Shown piece after piece: positions 27,867 to 36,805 of a DNA stretch of 64,000 nucleotides. The stretch is from Candidatus Thorarchaeota archaeon. GTDB lineage: Archaea > Asgardarchaeota > Thorarchaeia > Thorarchaeales > Thorarchaeaceae. The translations under genes were made by a program, and so were the position numbers. Below the pieces are notes generated by a model that saw only the letters and a list, made by a program, of their open reading frames with translations, made no database searches and was not told where the DNA came from. The stretch is taken from contig JAFGAR010000175.1 in NCBI GenBank assembly GCA_016933575.1, positions 27,520 through 91,519 on the forward strand, written 5' to 3'. How positions within the stretch are numbered: the stretch's first letter is position 1; every line of letters starts with the position of its first letter.

Positions 27867-30188
27867 TTATCGCTTCTTTAAGACAAAGACATAGATGATA
27901 AAAACAGCTCCGAGCGCGATAATAGCGACCGCGATAGCAGCCATAAGCAATAGCGCACCATCATCAGTTGGTAGAATGGGAGTTGTAGTTGTAGTGGTTG
28001 TTGAAGTTGCGGATGCGACTGTGATTGTGAAATATCCACTATCATCCATCACTGAGGTTGTCTTTCCGAAGGCATCAACTGCAGTGACATTGTATTCAAT
28101 CAATGAATCTGCGATAAGACCCATGATGTTCAATTCATAAAGGTCATTAGAAACAAGACTCATTGCAGTACTTGTCCATGAACCACCATTGACTCTATAG
28201 TTCACCACAACTGAAGTAAGTGTCGCATCAATCACTGTTGCAGTGATGAGTACTGAACCACCTGCTGATGGATTAGTTGGTGTATTTTGAACATTCAGGA
28301 CATCTGGAGACGGATCTTCGTAGATATAGAGATCATCCATGAAGACTACAAGTTTACTTCCCAAATCTGCAGAACCCCAAATCTCAATATCGTAGATATA
28401 GTTGTCATTAATGGCACCAAATGCTGACTCAAAAGCATGCACAATATCAATCTGCCAGTTTATCCAAGAACCAACAGAATTAGTTTCAGGTTGAAGAACT
28501 ATTGCTTCATACTCACTCAATGAATAGATATTCTCAAAGGAGGTAGAATTGGCTATCAAGAAGAATAGTGTGTTATCAATGAAATTCACTGCTAAAAGGA
28601 GATAGTCCTCTGAGGTTTGATTTAGTGTTTCAATGTACCAATTTAGATCGAGGATATACTCTGTCGAATCATCGAGCGTAAGATAACTTACTTCTTGGTA
28701 TCTATTTATTTCATCACTATTTACAAGGGTGATGTTAGCTGCCTTTTCACCATTGCATGAGAAATCTGTAACAGTATGAGTAGAAGTAGTATCGAATCCA
28801 CTATCCCAACCATAGATGGGTTCACCAACATCTTTCTGATCTTCATATCCTCCATCATGCAAAATGGATGTCGTCAAAGATGCATCATCAAAAAGCACAG
28901 AAACACGCGAGCCAGAATCTTCAGCTGATGCATAGAAATAGATTGATTCTATCAGCACTTCAGCATTAGGATAACGTGAGTGTATATCGTCAATAACACT
29001 TCGATTAAAGAGATTCCAAACCCCTGTCGTATTGAATCCATCAACTGCATATTCGATATCGTCTGGACCTCCGAATATTTGTGGTCCACCGCCATAACCA
29101 AAAATGTAGAATACATACAATCCGCTGGCAGTACGATTACTATATTCGACCCACATGTATGCTCTTGAATTATAGGTGGATACCTGCCAATCTGCAATGT
29201 TCCAGTAGAAACTGAATTGGTCCTTGTTAAGAACTGTGGGTATCATATCGACGGATGTACTGAATCTGGCAAATCCTGTATTTCCTACCGTGTTGATAGT
29301 CATATTGAGACTCCAGTCAGCCTCAACTCGGGTAGTACACTGAGAGATATCTCCAGAGCCAGCATCAGAGTCGAAGCCCCACCACCAAGAACCTGTACCA
29401 CCTAATTCAATATTTCCAGAGTTTACACTTCCTCCAACTTTGACATAAGAACCATTCACGAAATAGACATTGTCAATGTATGCACGAGACCATTCGTATT
29501 CGTAACTTATCACGCGAAATTGAAATCGACTCAGATACATTATACTACCTGTTCCAAATGTATCAACGTAATCCTGAGTGACATTTCGACTGAAAGTATT
29601 CCATTGTTGCAGTGGTCCGGTATCAATTAAGAAATATACCTGTGTGCTAGTATTTGAAGCAGTAATTGTTGACCCAATTCTATAGTAGATAACTCGATTC
29701 GAACCTGCAAATGGGAGATATAATTCTAGACAGTCACCCAGATCAGCATTAGCTAATGTATGAATATAATAATCAAAGGCTACGGTTAAATTAGCAGGAT
29801 TCGTCAGAGCAGACCATGATTGAAGCATTAAATTAGCCATTGCAGGATGATTGATATCCGTGCCTTTTGCCATCAACCGAGCGGACTGACTACCCTCACT
29901 CACTATTGAATACTCCAAATCAATATCTATCATCTGAGTACGTGATGTCATCATGTCTTCAGGTTCGTGGGGATTTGCCCAGTCTTCGAATCCTCCATTC
30001 GGAAACAGATCCATTCTAGTATTTACCCTGTTCAAATCGGTATCTGAAATTGAGTACTCATCTACCTCTAGAGGTGTTGTTGAACTATCGCCACTGACTA
30101 AATTTGATGGCATTGCTACCGTTGTTACTAACAATACTTGAGAGATAAGTAGAGTAAAGAAAAACAAACACAGTCTCTTATTTTTCAT
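27867..30188 (-). CDS. Secreted, C-terminally anchored surface protein, paralog of 22817-25060
   Basis: Shared motifs FPNGGFEDWANPHEPED, FVNGSYVKVGG, DISQ..R.E.DWS.NMT, DDLYIY.DP.PDV; Thr-rich linker and C-terminal TM + KKR. Confidence 0.78.
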   Translation of the reverse strand: MKNKRLCLFFFTLLISQVLLVTTVAMPSNLVSGDSSTTPLEVDEYSISDTDLNRVNTRMDLFPNGGFEDWANPHEPEDMMTSRTQMIDIDLEYSIVSEGSQSARLMAKGTDINHPAMANLMLQSWSALTNPANLTVAFDYYIHTLANADLGDCLELYLPFAGSNRVIYYRIGSTITASNTSTQVYFLIDTGPLQQWNTFSRNVTQDYVDTFGTGSIMYLSRFQFRVISYEYEWSRAYIDNVYFVNGSYVKVGGSVNSGNIELGGTGSWWWGFDSDAGSGDISQCTTRVEADWSLNMTINTVGNTGFARFSTSVDMIPTVLNKDQFSFYWNIADWQVSTYNSRAYMWVEYSNRTASGLYVFYIFGYGGGPQIFGGPDDIEYAVDGFNTTGVWNLFNRSVIDDIHSRYPNAEVLIESIYFYASAEDSGSRVSVLFDDASLTTSILHDGGYEDQKDVGEPIYGWDSGFDTTSTHTVTDFSCNGEKAANITLVNSDEINRYQEVSYLTLDDSTEYILDLNWYIETLNQTSEDYLLLAVNFIDNTLFFLIANSTSFENIYSLSEYEAIVLQPETNSVGSWINWQIDIVHAFESAFGAINDNYIYDIEIWGSADLGSKLVVFMDDLYIYEDPSPDVLNVQNTPTNPSAGGSVLITATVIDATLTSVVVNYRVNGGSWTSTAMSLVSNDLYELNIMGLIADSLIEYNVTAVDAFGKTTSVMDDSGYFTITVASATSTTTTTTTPILPTDDGALLLMAAIAVAIIALGAVFIIYVFVLKKR

Positions 30189-30331
30189 CAATGCACTCCT
30201 CATATGTGAGTATCACTGACCAATCGCCAAAATCAACAGTTAATATACATTGAGGCGATGCACATCTTTGGAAAATAAGAAAAGTAAGCCACTGATAAAT
30301 CTCAACTTTAAAGATGTAGAATTTGATATAG

Positions 30332-30931
30332 TTAATCGCAGTTTCTGATTGATTTGATGCCCAATTCTCGAGCAATGGTGAGATGTTCTGGATGATCCTG
30401 AACGTCATTTCTTCCATTCAATCCGGATGCCACGATAACATCAATGCATGTCATACCTAAATAATGACAGATATCCTTGAACATACCAACGGTATGACGA
30501 GCATAATAGTCATTATTACCGCCCATTGATACTACTAGAATCACCTGTTTTCCTTGAAAGAGTCTTTGATTCACTCCGTACCAGCGGTCGATGAAAGCTT
30601 TGAATTGAGCACTTGGCCCCCACCAATAGATTGGTGTACCGAGCACCCAGACATCGCTTTTTTCCATTAGTTCAAAGAGGGATTCCATATCATCATCTTG
30701 GATGCACCCACCAGTCTTTTGGCAGGAGTCGCAGGCTTTGCATGGAGAGATTTCAAGATCTTGAAGAATTACCTTATCATAGGTTGCTCCACATTCAGCT
30801 GCTCCTGCCAAGACAGTATCGATAAGAGTATCACTATTTCCTCCTCTGCGAGGACTTCCACTGATTCCAAGAATCGATTTTCTTTCTGAGGACGGTGTAT
30901 CAAGTCCACATTTTTGTTTGATTGATTGCAT
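30332..30931 (-). CDS. Flavodoxin family / iron-sulfur flavoprotein
   Basis: GSPRRGGNS, CKACDSC...CIQDDDM, GTPIYW, KAFIDR. Confidence 0.9.
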   Translation of the reverse strand: MQSIKQKCGLDTPSSERKSILGISGSPRRGGNSDTLIDTVLAGAAECGATYDKVILQDLEISPCKACDSCQKTGGCIQDDDMESLFELMEKSDVWVLGTPIYWWGPSAQFKAFIDRWYGVNQRLFQGKQVILVVSMGGNNDYYARHTVGMFKDICHYLGMTCIDVIVASGLNGRNDVQDHPEHLTIARELGIKSIRNCD

Positions 30932-30980
30932 CTATCATGCCTCGGTTTACAATCAATGTTTCGAAATCAACGAACTACAG

Positions 30981-31925
30981 TCATTTACTCTCCTTCTGAT
31001 GAACATAGAAGATCTCATACAACTCAATGTTAGATTGCATCTTTGCAACACCCATGGCTGTCGGATCTTGAGATTCGTATCCAAATGAGACTCTAAGTGG
31101 AATATCACTCATTCCTGATGCGTTACACTCTTTTGCCAATTCAACAACAAGACGGTCCCATGCAAATTCATACCCTGGATGAAATGCTGTAAATCTCATG
31201 ATTATTCTATCTTCCTCACCCCTTAGGATGCTTCCATCAGGTCTGAATCTTAGAGCAGCTGTAGCTGCAACTGGTTTATCACTATCAAAAAGGAGGATAC
31301 AATGACCATCCTTCAAAACTCTATCTCGAAAATAAGCAGTAAATCCTTCCTCATTTGGAAAGGCATAACGAAGTCTATTATCAATAAGTGCAATTTCAAC
31401 AAGAGCATGTAGGTCCTCCTCCGTTGCGGCTCTAGCAGTTAGCGTTTCTGTATCATCATCTAACTTCATCTTTGCTGTTTCCTTAACGTCCATATCAAGA
31501 TTATACCGATAATTTCTCTCAGTCTCAATAAACCCTCGTTCTTTGAAAAATTGAATCTGTTCGTTCTTTGTCTTTGAACCTACAACTACTGCTGTTATAA
31601 TGCGGTTAATCCCATCAAGACTATACAGGTGGTCCAATAGATCATTAAAGAGCTTGTTTTTGACCTCTGTCGGACAAACATTCATTGACCAAGGATAACC
31701 AATTAGAGCACTACCTGGTACATTATCTATGATATCTGAAGTAATGTATGCTAATGGTTTTCCATCCTCTGTCAACGCATACCTTGTAGCTTCCTTTCCG
31801 CGATTGTCATTTCTAGGTCCTATTTGTTCAGCACGTGCAGGAAGTCCAGATACCTCAGTATAGATCTTAGCCTGCACCTCTTCAAGACCCTGTCCAGGTT
31901 CCCATTTCTTATACACGACGTTCAT
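30981..31925 (-). CDS. Hypothetical protein, probable tandem GNAT fold
   Basis: FFKERGFIE and RAATEEDLHAL motifs typical of GNAT halves; ATG 31925 with GAGG RBS. Confidence 0.6.
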   Translation of the reverse strand: MNVVYKKWEPGQGLEEVQAKIYTEVSGLPARAEQIGPRNDNRGKEATRYALTEDGKPLAYITSDIIDNVPGSALIGYPWSMNVCPTEVKNKLFNDLLDHLYSLDGINRIITAVVVGSKTKNEQIQFFKERGFIETERNYRYNLDMDVKETAKMKLDDDTETLTARAATEEDLHALVEIALIDNRLRYAFPNEEGFTAYFRDRVLKDGHCILLFDSDKPVAATAALRFRPDGSILRGEEDRIIMRFTAFHPGYEFAWDRLVVELAKECNASGMSDIPLRVSFGYESQDPTAMGVAKMQSNIELYEIFYVHQKESK

Positions 31926-32132
31926 CCAATTTGCCTCAGTTATTTCAAACTGAAATGAATGAACAATGGTTTGTCTAATAAACCTTATTCCTTGCGATGC
32001 TTTAATAGACACACTTATATCTGTGAATGGCTTACAATAGAAACTATAGACAGGATGGAGCAGGTAGTGAGTATTAGGTCTGAAAGCATAGAATTACTTT
32101 GCATTATTGCTGTTTAGGCTTTGTATGAAATA

Positions 32133-32195
32133 TTAGACATTTTCACCAAAGAACATCAAATGATCTGTCCTTGGAACATCATACCCAAGATAGCG
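32133..32195 (-). repeat. Duplicated 3' end of the dinB-family gene (left boundary of insertion)
   Basis: Minus strand reads RYLGYDVPRTDHLMFFGENV*, matching DinB C-terminus SNLGYDVPGTDYLMFFGENS* at 38634-38696. Confidence 0.85.
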
Positions 32196-32498
32196 AAAAG
32201 AACCCGGTCCTTTAGGCAATGGCGACCGAAGAATAGGCTTTTGTCAAATATATCACTCTTTTCTAAGTATGCATAATACTAACATATTCGAGTAAAATCT
32301 AACAGGTTAATAGTAATCACAAAACGAAGAAAGTACTCATAATCATAAAATTGAAGAAAAGACCAAACTTGGACAAGATTCGTTTAATGATTAGAGCAAA
32401 ATATCTTGAGATTACCATATCTTCTTGATTTATATGGTTCTTTAGAAATCTAATCATCGATATTTATTGATGACAAAACAATTGCAATTATAACAAGA

Positions 32499-33137
32499 AT
32501 GATGGATAATAGGTGTCATTTTAAGATGAGAATGAGGAGTAAGAAGCTACTACTTTTCTTAGTTGCCATATTTGGCTTATTCATGGGAACGACTCTTGCA
32601 ATAGTTCCAGGAATTACAGGATTGAGCAAAGGGTTTCCGAATGCTATTGTGCTCCTTTTTTTTGGAGGTATTACGTATGCGTGTTCGATAAAAATAGCTT
32701 TTATAATAAGAACTCAATTTGAGGAAATACGAGTAGTCCCAAAACCAGATGCTGCTGTTAGCGTGATAGCAATTGATGATGAAGCAGACATCTTGCAACT
32801 TATCCGTATGAAATTATCCAAAGAAGGATTCGATGTTTATACAGCCTCAAATGGTGATGAGGGTATCGAGAAAGTACTTCGTGATAAACCTGATGTTATG
32901 ATTGTAGATATATTGATGCCGGGAAAAGACGGCTATCAGGTAGTAGCTGAAGTGAAAGCAAGACTTCGAGAAGATTCTCCGGTTATAATAATGCTAACTT
33001 CAAAGACTGAAGATGCAGATATGGTTAAGGGGCTATCCATGGATATAGATGATTATATCACGAAACCATTTAGTCCAAGAGAATTAATCGAGAGAATAAA
33101 TGTAGCTCTCATTAAAAGCGCCAAGGAGAATAAGTGA
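32499..33137 (+). CDS. Membrane-anchored response regulator (2 TM + receiver, no output domain)
   Basis: Two hydrophobic helices, then AIDDE, MIVDILMP, MLTS, YITKPF. Confidence 0.88.
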   Translation: MMDNRCHFKMRMRSKKLLLFLVAIFGLFMGTTLAIVPGITGLSKGFPNAIVLLFFGGITYACSIKIAFIIRTQFEEIRVVPKPDAAVSVIAIDDEADILQLIRMKLSKEGFDVYTASNGDEGIEKVLRDKPDVMIVDILMPGKDGYQVVAEVKARLREDSPVIIMLTSKTEDADMVKGLSMDIDDYITKPFSPRELIERINVALIKSAKENK

Positions 33138-33155
33138 GATTGTGGAGGATAAAGT

Positions 33156-36100
33156 TTGGAAGATGAAATCAACGAATCCGACACGGATCTACCAATTGAG
33201 GGCGAAACAATACCATTAATGGAACCAGTGACAAGAATCCACTTTGGCCGTGACAGTCTCCCAATAAGATCCGTACAATATTGGCGAGCTCAGTCTTTTG
33301 CTTCGAGACTTCATAGAGATTTCACTGAGAGTTTAAAAACTGGAAATATTACTTTGATGAAACGCAGCTTTTATGCCCTGGCGGAATTTTATGGACTAAC
33401 ATTAAAATTAATGAGACATTCGCTTCTTAATGGAAATTCTGCATTAATGGTGTCTTCTCTAAGAAGTCTAATTGCACTCAATGCACCACTTCATGACATG
33501 CATAATAGAGCACCAAATACAATACCATTCCCATTGACTTTAGATGAAACTCTATTGAAGTCATTAATATCCGACCTCATTATCAGAGCTTTTAAGGAAT
33601 CAGACATATCCCTCGAGGAATCGAAAATAGTAGAAGATGTAAATCAACATATCTTCGTGCAGCAAATTGCGTCTTTAGTTATTAAAAATCAGCTTCTCGA
33701 GTTAGTAGAGAAAGGACACTTGATGAAGACAGATACAAGCTATACAAGAACAAAACGACCATATGTACACTCAAACTTAGATGATACAAGTCTTCAGTCT
33801 TTTCTGGGTAAAAATATCTATGAAAAATTTCAGATGGGGGGTTTTCCAGGTGTTTCTAATATTATAAACCGTAGAAAATCGTTTCATAAGTTCTTCGAGA
33901 AACTCACTTCATTTGGAGATTTAATCGCAGACATGTTCATTTCTGCATTGATTAGCCTTCTTCTTTCAGAAACTATGAAATCAAAACTTAATGCATGGTC
34001 TCACTTTGATTTAATCAGTTCAGCAATTCCACGACCATATCAACGTGACGCATTCACGATTTTTCGAGGGTATGGATATCAAGGGCAGCTAATTGAAGCA
34101 CCGACAGGTTCAGGAAAAACACTCATTGGTATGATGGCAATTCAAGATTGGATGACATCAATGTCATCAGGTGAGTCTATACTAATTCTAGTACCAACAG
34201 TTAATTACGAACAACAATGGATTAGAGAATTATGCTATAAATTCACAGGACTCAATCTTCCACCTGATGATGTATATGCAGGCACACCGATTGATTATGA
34301 ATCTACTAAGAAGGAATTAGACGCCTCCCCACCTATTCTAATCATGACATATCAATCTCTTGCTCAGTTGGGCTCTTCAAAAGGGAAAGGGGGGTTTGAT
34401 ACCAATTCCATCGAAAAATTCCTTCAAGGTAGCAACATCCGGTATGTGATTTTAGATGAAGTTCACAAGGTAGTCGTTAATTATGATAGTGTTTCAACAG
34501 ATATTACGAGATTACTCCTAGAATGGTTGCATGACGGAAGTATAGAGGGGCTCATTGGTTTCACTGGAACAGCAATAGCATTCAGACAACGATTTCAAGA
34601 TTTAGGATTGCAACTGGTCTATACTCTGTCTTCTGCTGAATTGATAGCATATGGCTTTGTTGCTCCATTTGCTGAGTTTGGGCTTCCATTTACTCATTCT
34701 AATAGAGAAAGAATTATACTCTCTCTTCTTGATGCCTATAAATCGTCAATACGTGAATTCATTGATATTCTAGGGTCAGTGAATTTGAGAACAGTATTTA
34801 GTCAGATACCCTTGGAAAAAAAGATTACAATTGGTCGGGATATTTTAGAAGTTTTTTCAGGAAGAAGGGATCAAGAGATTGCATTAACAGAGCGCTATCA
34901 CGGTTGGGAAAGTGGCGAAGTTTTGAATTTCTATGAATGGCACCTGATCAGCATAATTCAAATTGCTGAGAATTTATCGGATTCTGATCTTCTTGAGAAA
35001 ATGATAGTTGGTCTCCCAATTAATGAACAACATGAGAGAAAGAATAGATTCACAGTAATGTTAGGTTTTTTGATGAAATTGCGGCAAGAATTAGTCAGTC
35101 TGTTAAGATCTCAAGATATCACATATCGCCTTGAAATGCAAGATTTTGGAATAAAGTTAGATACAGAATCACTATATAAAATTGCTAATTCAAAGCGACC
35201 AAAGACCAAAATACGAAATAGAATCAGAGATCTTTTATCAACCACAATCCTAGGTCTTTATACATCTCTCAGTAGTTATCACTATCGAATGGGCGAAGGA
35301 CTTGTAGAATCAGTGAATTCCATAATTAAAGCAGAAAGAGCTGTAAGAAAGCTAAATGCGGTAATTGTTTTTGGTGAAAGTAAACGTATTAAATGGGAGG
35401 AAGGACTTGCTTTTCCAGGATACGCAGGTGTAGCTGGTATTTTTGCTCAATTACTGAACCAACGTGGACTATATCCAATGGCTGTACTTTCAAGTGAAGT
35501 ATATCTTCGTTGGACAAAGAAAAATCAAACTCCACAACGAATTGCAGATTATATCAAAAAGGACATTATGAAGAATGAATTGGGGAATATTCTATTTAGA
35601 CTCCTGACAGTGGGATTGGATCTTTCTCCAGAGAATAGCAATTTGTTCAAAGAATCGTTTGATTCTATTTTAATGAAGTATGCCAATAGACTCACTTCGA
35701 TAGGAGCAACAAGACCTGCGGAATTTGTGAGAGAAGTTCTTAAACCACTTCAAAAGACGTTGCCCAGTATAGTAGAAAGAGATGATATTCCTAAACTTAA
35801 ATCAAGATTGAGTTTAAAAAATCGTCACGTGCAGAAATGGATAACTGATTTCTATAACTATGGAATCATCGCAGCTCGTTTCTTGAAAGCACCAACAGCA
35901 GAATTGTACCAAGCATCTGGTAAAAAAATGAAATTCTTTGTAGTGAAAATGCCTCAAGGAGAAATGAAGCAACTCATGTATGATTTAGCCAGTAGAATAG
36001 TTGATGAAGAAAAACTGGGAATCAATGTCATAATTGTATCAAATTGGGCGAGAACTGGATGGAATGTCATAAGACCAGATCTCCTCATAGATACAACAGC

Positions 36101-36764
36101 AACACGAAATGTAACAGCATGGCAACAACTTCGAGGAAGAGCCATGAGAGCCACGTCTACTTGGGATAAAAAGTGCTATGAGGCATTGATGCTTCTCGTA
36201 GGTTCAAGAATAGGAGATCTTGTTGAGCAAACTGGTGACTTCAGTAAAACCGGTGAAGATCAGAGTGTTCAAGAATACAAGCAATTGGACAAGGCTACTA
36301 TCAACCTATTCTTGCAGATTCATAACGAGGCTAGGCAAATAAGTGACTATAATCCAAAGTACAATCTGACAAGAAAAATCATACAAGGGGATCTAGAACA
36401 ATTTATGGATGTTGAACGAGAACAACTTGCTCTTGAAATGATGATTGTCCGGAACAAGGTGACGCATATTTATGAACTTGTCAAAGCATATGGAAGCTCA
36501 ATCCAAATAAGACAAAATAGGCAAACAAAGGTATGGAGCAGAATTGATTCGATTGCTACCAAACATTCCTCTCAGTATTCTGTCAATCCATTTACAGGTA
36601 AATATTGTTCAGGTGAAAGTCATGCACCTCTAGTTTATTGGAAAGACCCGAGGAAATATTCTCCAGAAGAATTGAGAGTATATTTAACATCAAAACTGAA
36701 AGGCTGCGATCCTAGAATTATACAAGGGTGGTTTGATGCGGTCATCTCAGGAAGAGGAAACTAG
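33156..36764 (+). CDS. Large SF2 DExH helicase/ATPase (ResIII/XPB-like core with helical insertions)
   Basis: PRPYQ, APTGSGKT, LVPT, TYQSL, DEVH, GFTGT, TGWN, QQLRGRAMR; GGAGG RBS + TTG. Confidence 0.88.
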   Translation: MEDEINESDTDLPIEGETIPLMEPVTRIHFGRDSLPIRSVQYWRAQSFASRLHRDFTESLKTGNITLMKRSFYALAEFYGLTLKLMRHSLLNGNSALMVSSLRSLIALNAPLHDMHNRAPNTIPFPLTLDETLLKSLISDLIIRAFKESDISLEESKIVEDVNQHIFVQQIASLVIKNQLLELVEKGHLMKTDTSYTRTKRPYVHSNLDDTSLQSFLGKNIYEKFQMGGFPGVSNIINRRKSFHKFFEKLTSFGDLIADMFISALISLLLSETMKSKLNAWSHFDLISSAIPRPYQRDAFTIFRGYGYQGQLIEAPTGSGKTLIGMMAIQDWMTSMSSGESILILVPTVNYEQQWIRELCYKFTGLNLPPDDVYAGTPIDYESTKKELDASPPILIMTYQSLAQLGSSKGKGGFDTNSIEKFLQGSNIRYVILDEVHKVVVNYDSVSTDITRLLLEWLHDGSIEGLIGFTGTAIAFRQRFQDLGLQLVYTLSSAELIAYGFVAPFAEFGLPFTHSNRERIILSLLDAYKSSIREFIDILGSVNLRTVFSQIPLEKKITIGRDILEVFSGRRDQEIALTERYHGWESGEVLNFYEWHLISIIQIAENLSDSDLLEKMIVGLPINEQHERKNRFTVMLGFLMKLRQELVSLLRSQDITYRLEMQDFGIKLDTESLYKIANSKRPKTKIRNRIRDLLSTTILGLYTSLSSYHYRMGEGLVESVNSIIKAERAVRKLNAVIVFGESKRIKWEEGLAFPGYAGVAGIFAQLLNQRGLYPMAVLSSEVYLRWTKKNQTPQRIADYIKKDIMKNELGNILFRLLTVGLDLSPENSNLFKESFDSILMKYANRLTSIGATRPAEFVREVLKPLQKTLPSIVERDDIPKLKSRLSLKNRHVQKWITDFYNYGIIAARFLKAPTAELYQASGKKMKFFVVKMPQGEMKQLMYDLASRIVDEEKLGINVIIVSNWARTGWNVIRPDLLIDTTATRNVTAWQQLRGRAMRATSTWDKKCYEALMLLVGSRIGDLVEQTGDFSKTGEDQSVQEYKQLDKATINLFLQIHNEARQISDYNPKYNLTRKIIQGDLEQFMDVEREQLALEMMIVRNKVTHIYELVKAYGSSIQIRQNRQTKVWSRIDSIATKHSSQYSVNPFTGKYCSGESHAPLVYWKDPRKYSPEELRVYLTSKLKGCDPRIIQGWFDAVISGRGN

Positions 36765-36805
36765 TATTTTGACATATTGTATCAGGTATAAGGAAGGGAA
36801 TATCT

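Noticed and set aside
27975-28020. GTT/GTA-rich repeat
   Set aside because: Encodes the Thr-rich linker of the surface protein; not an independent repeat element.
33156-36764. Type I/III restriction subunit
   Set aside because: No adjacent Mod/HsdM/HsdS and no recognisable PD-(D/E)xK motif; the only methyltransferase is 20 kb away, outside the islet.
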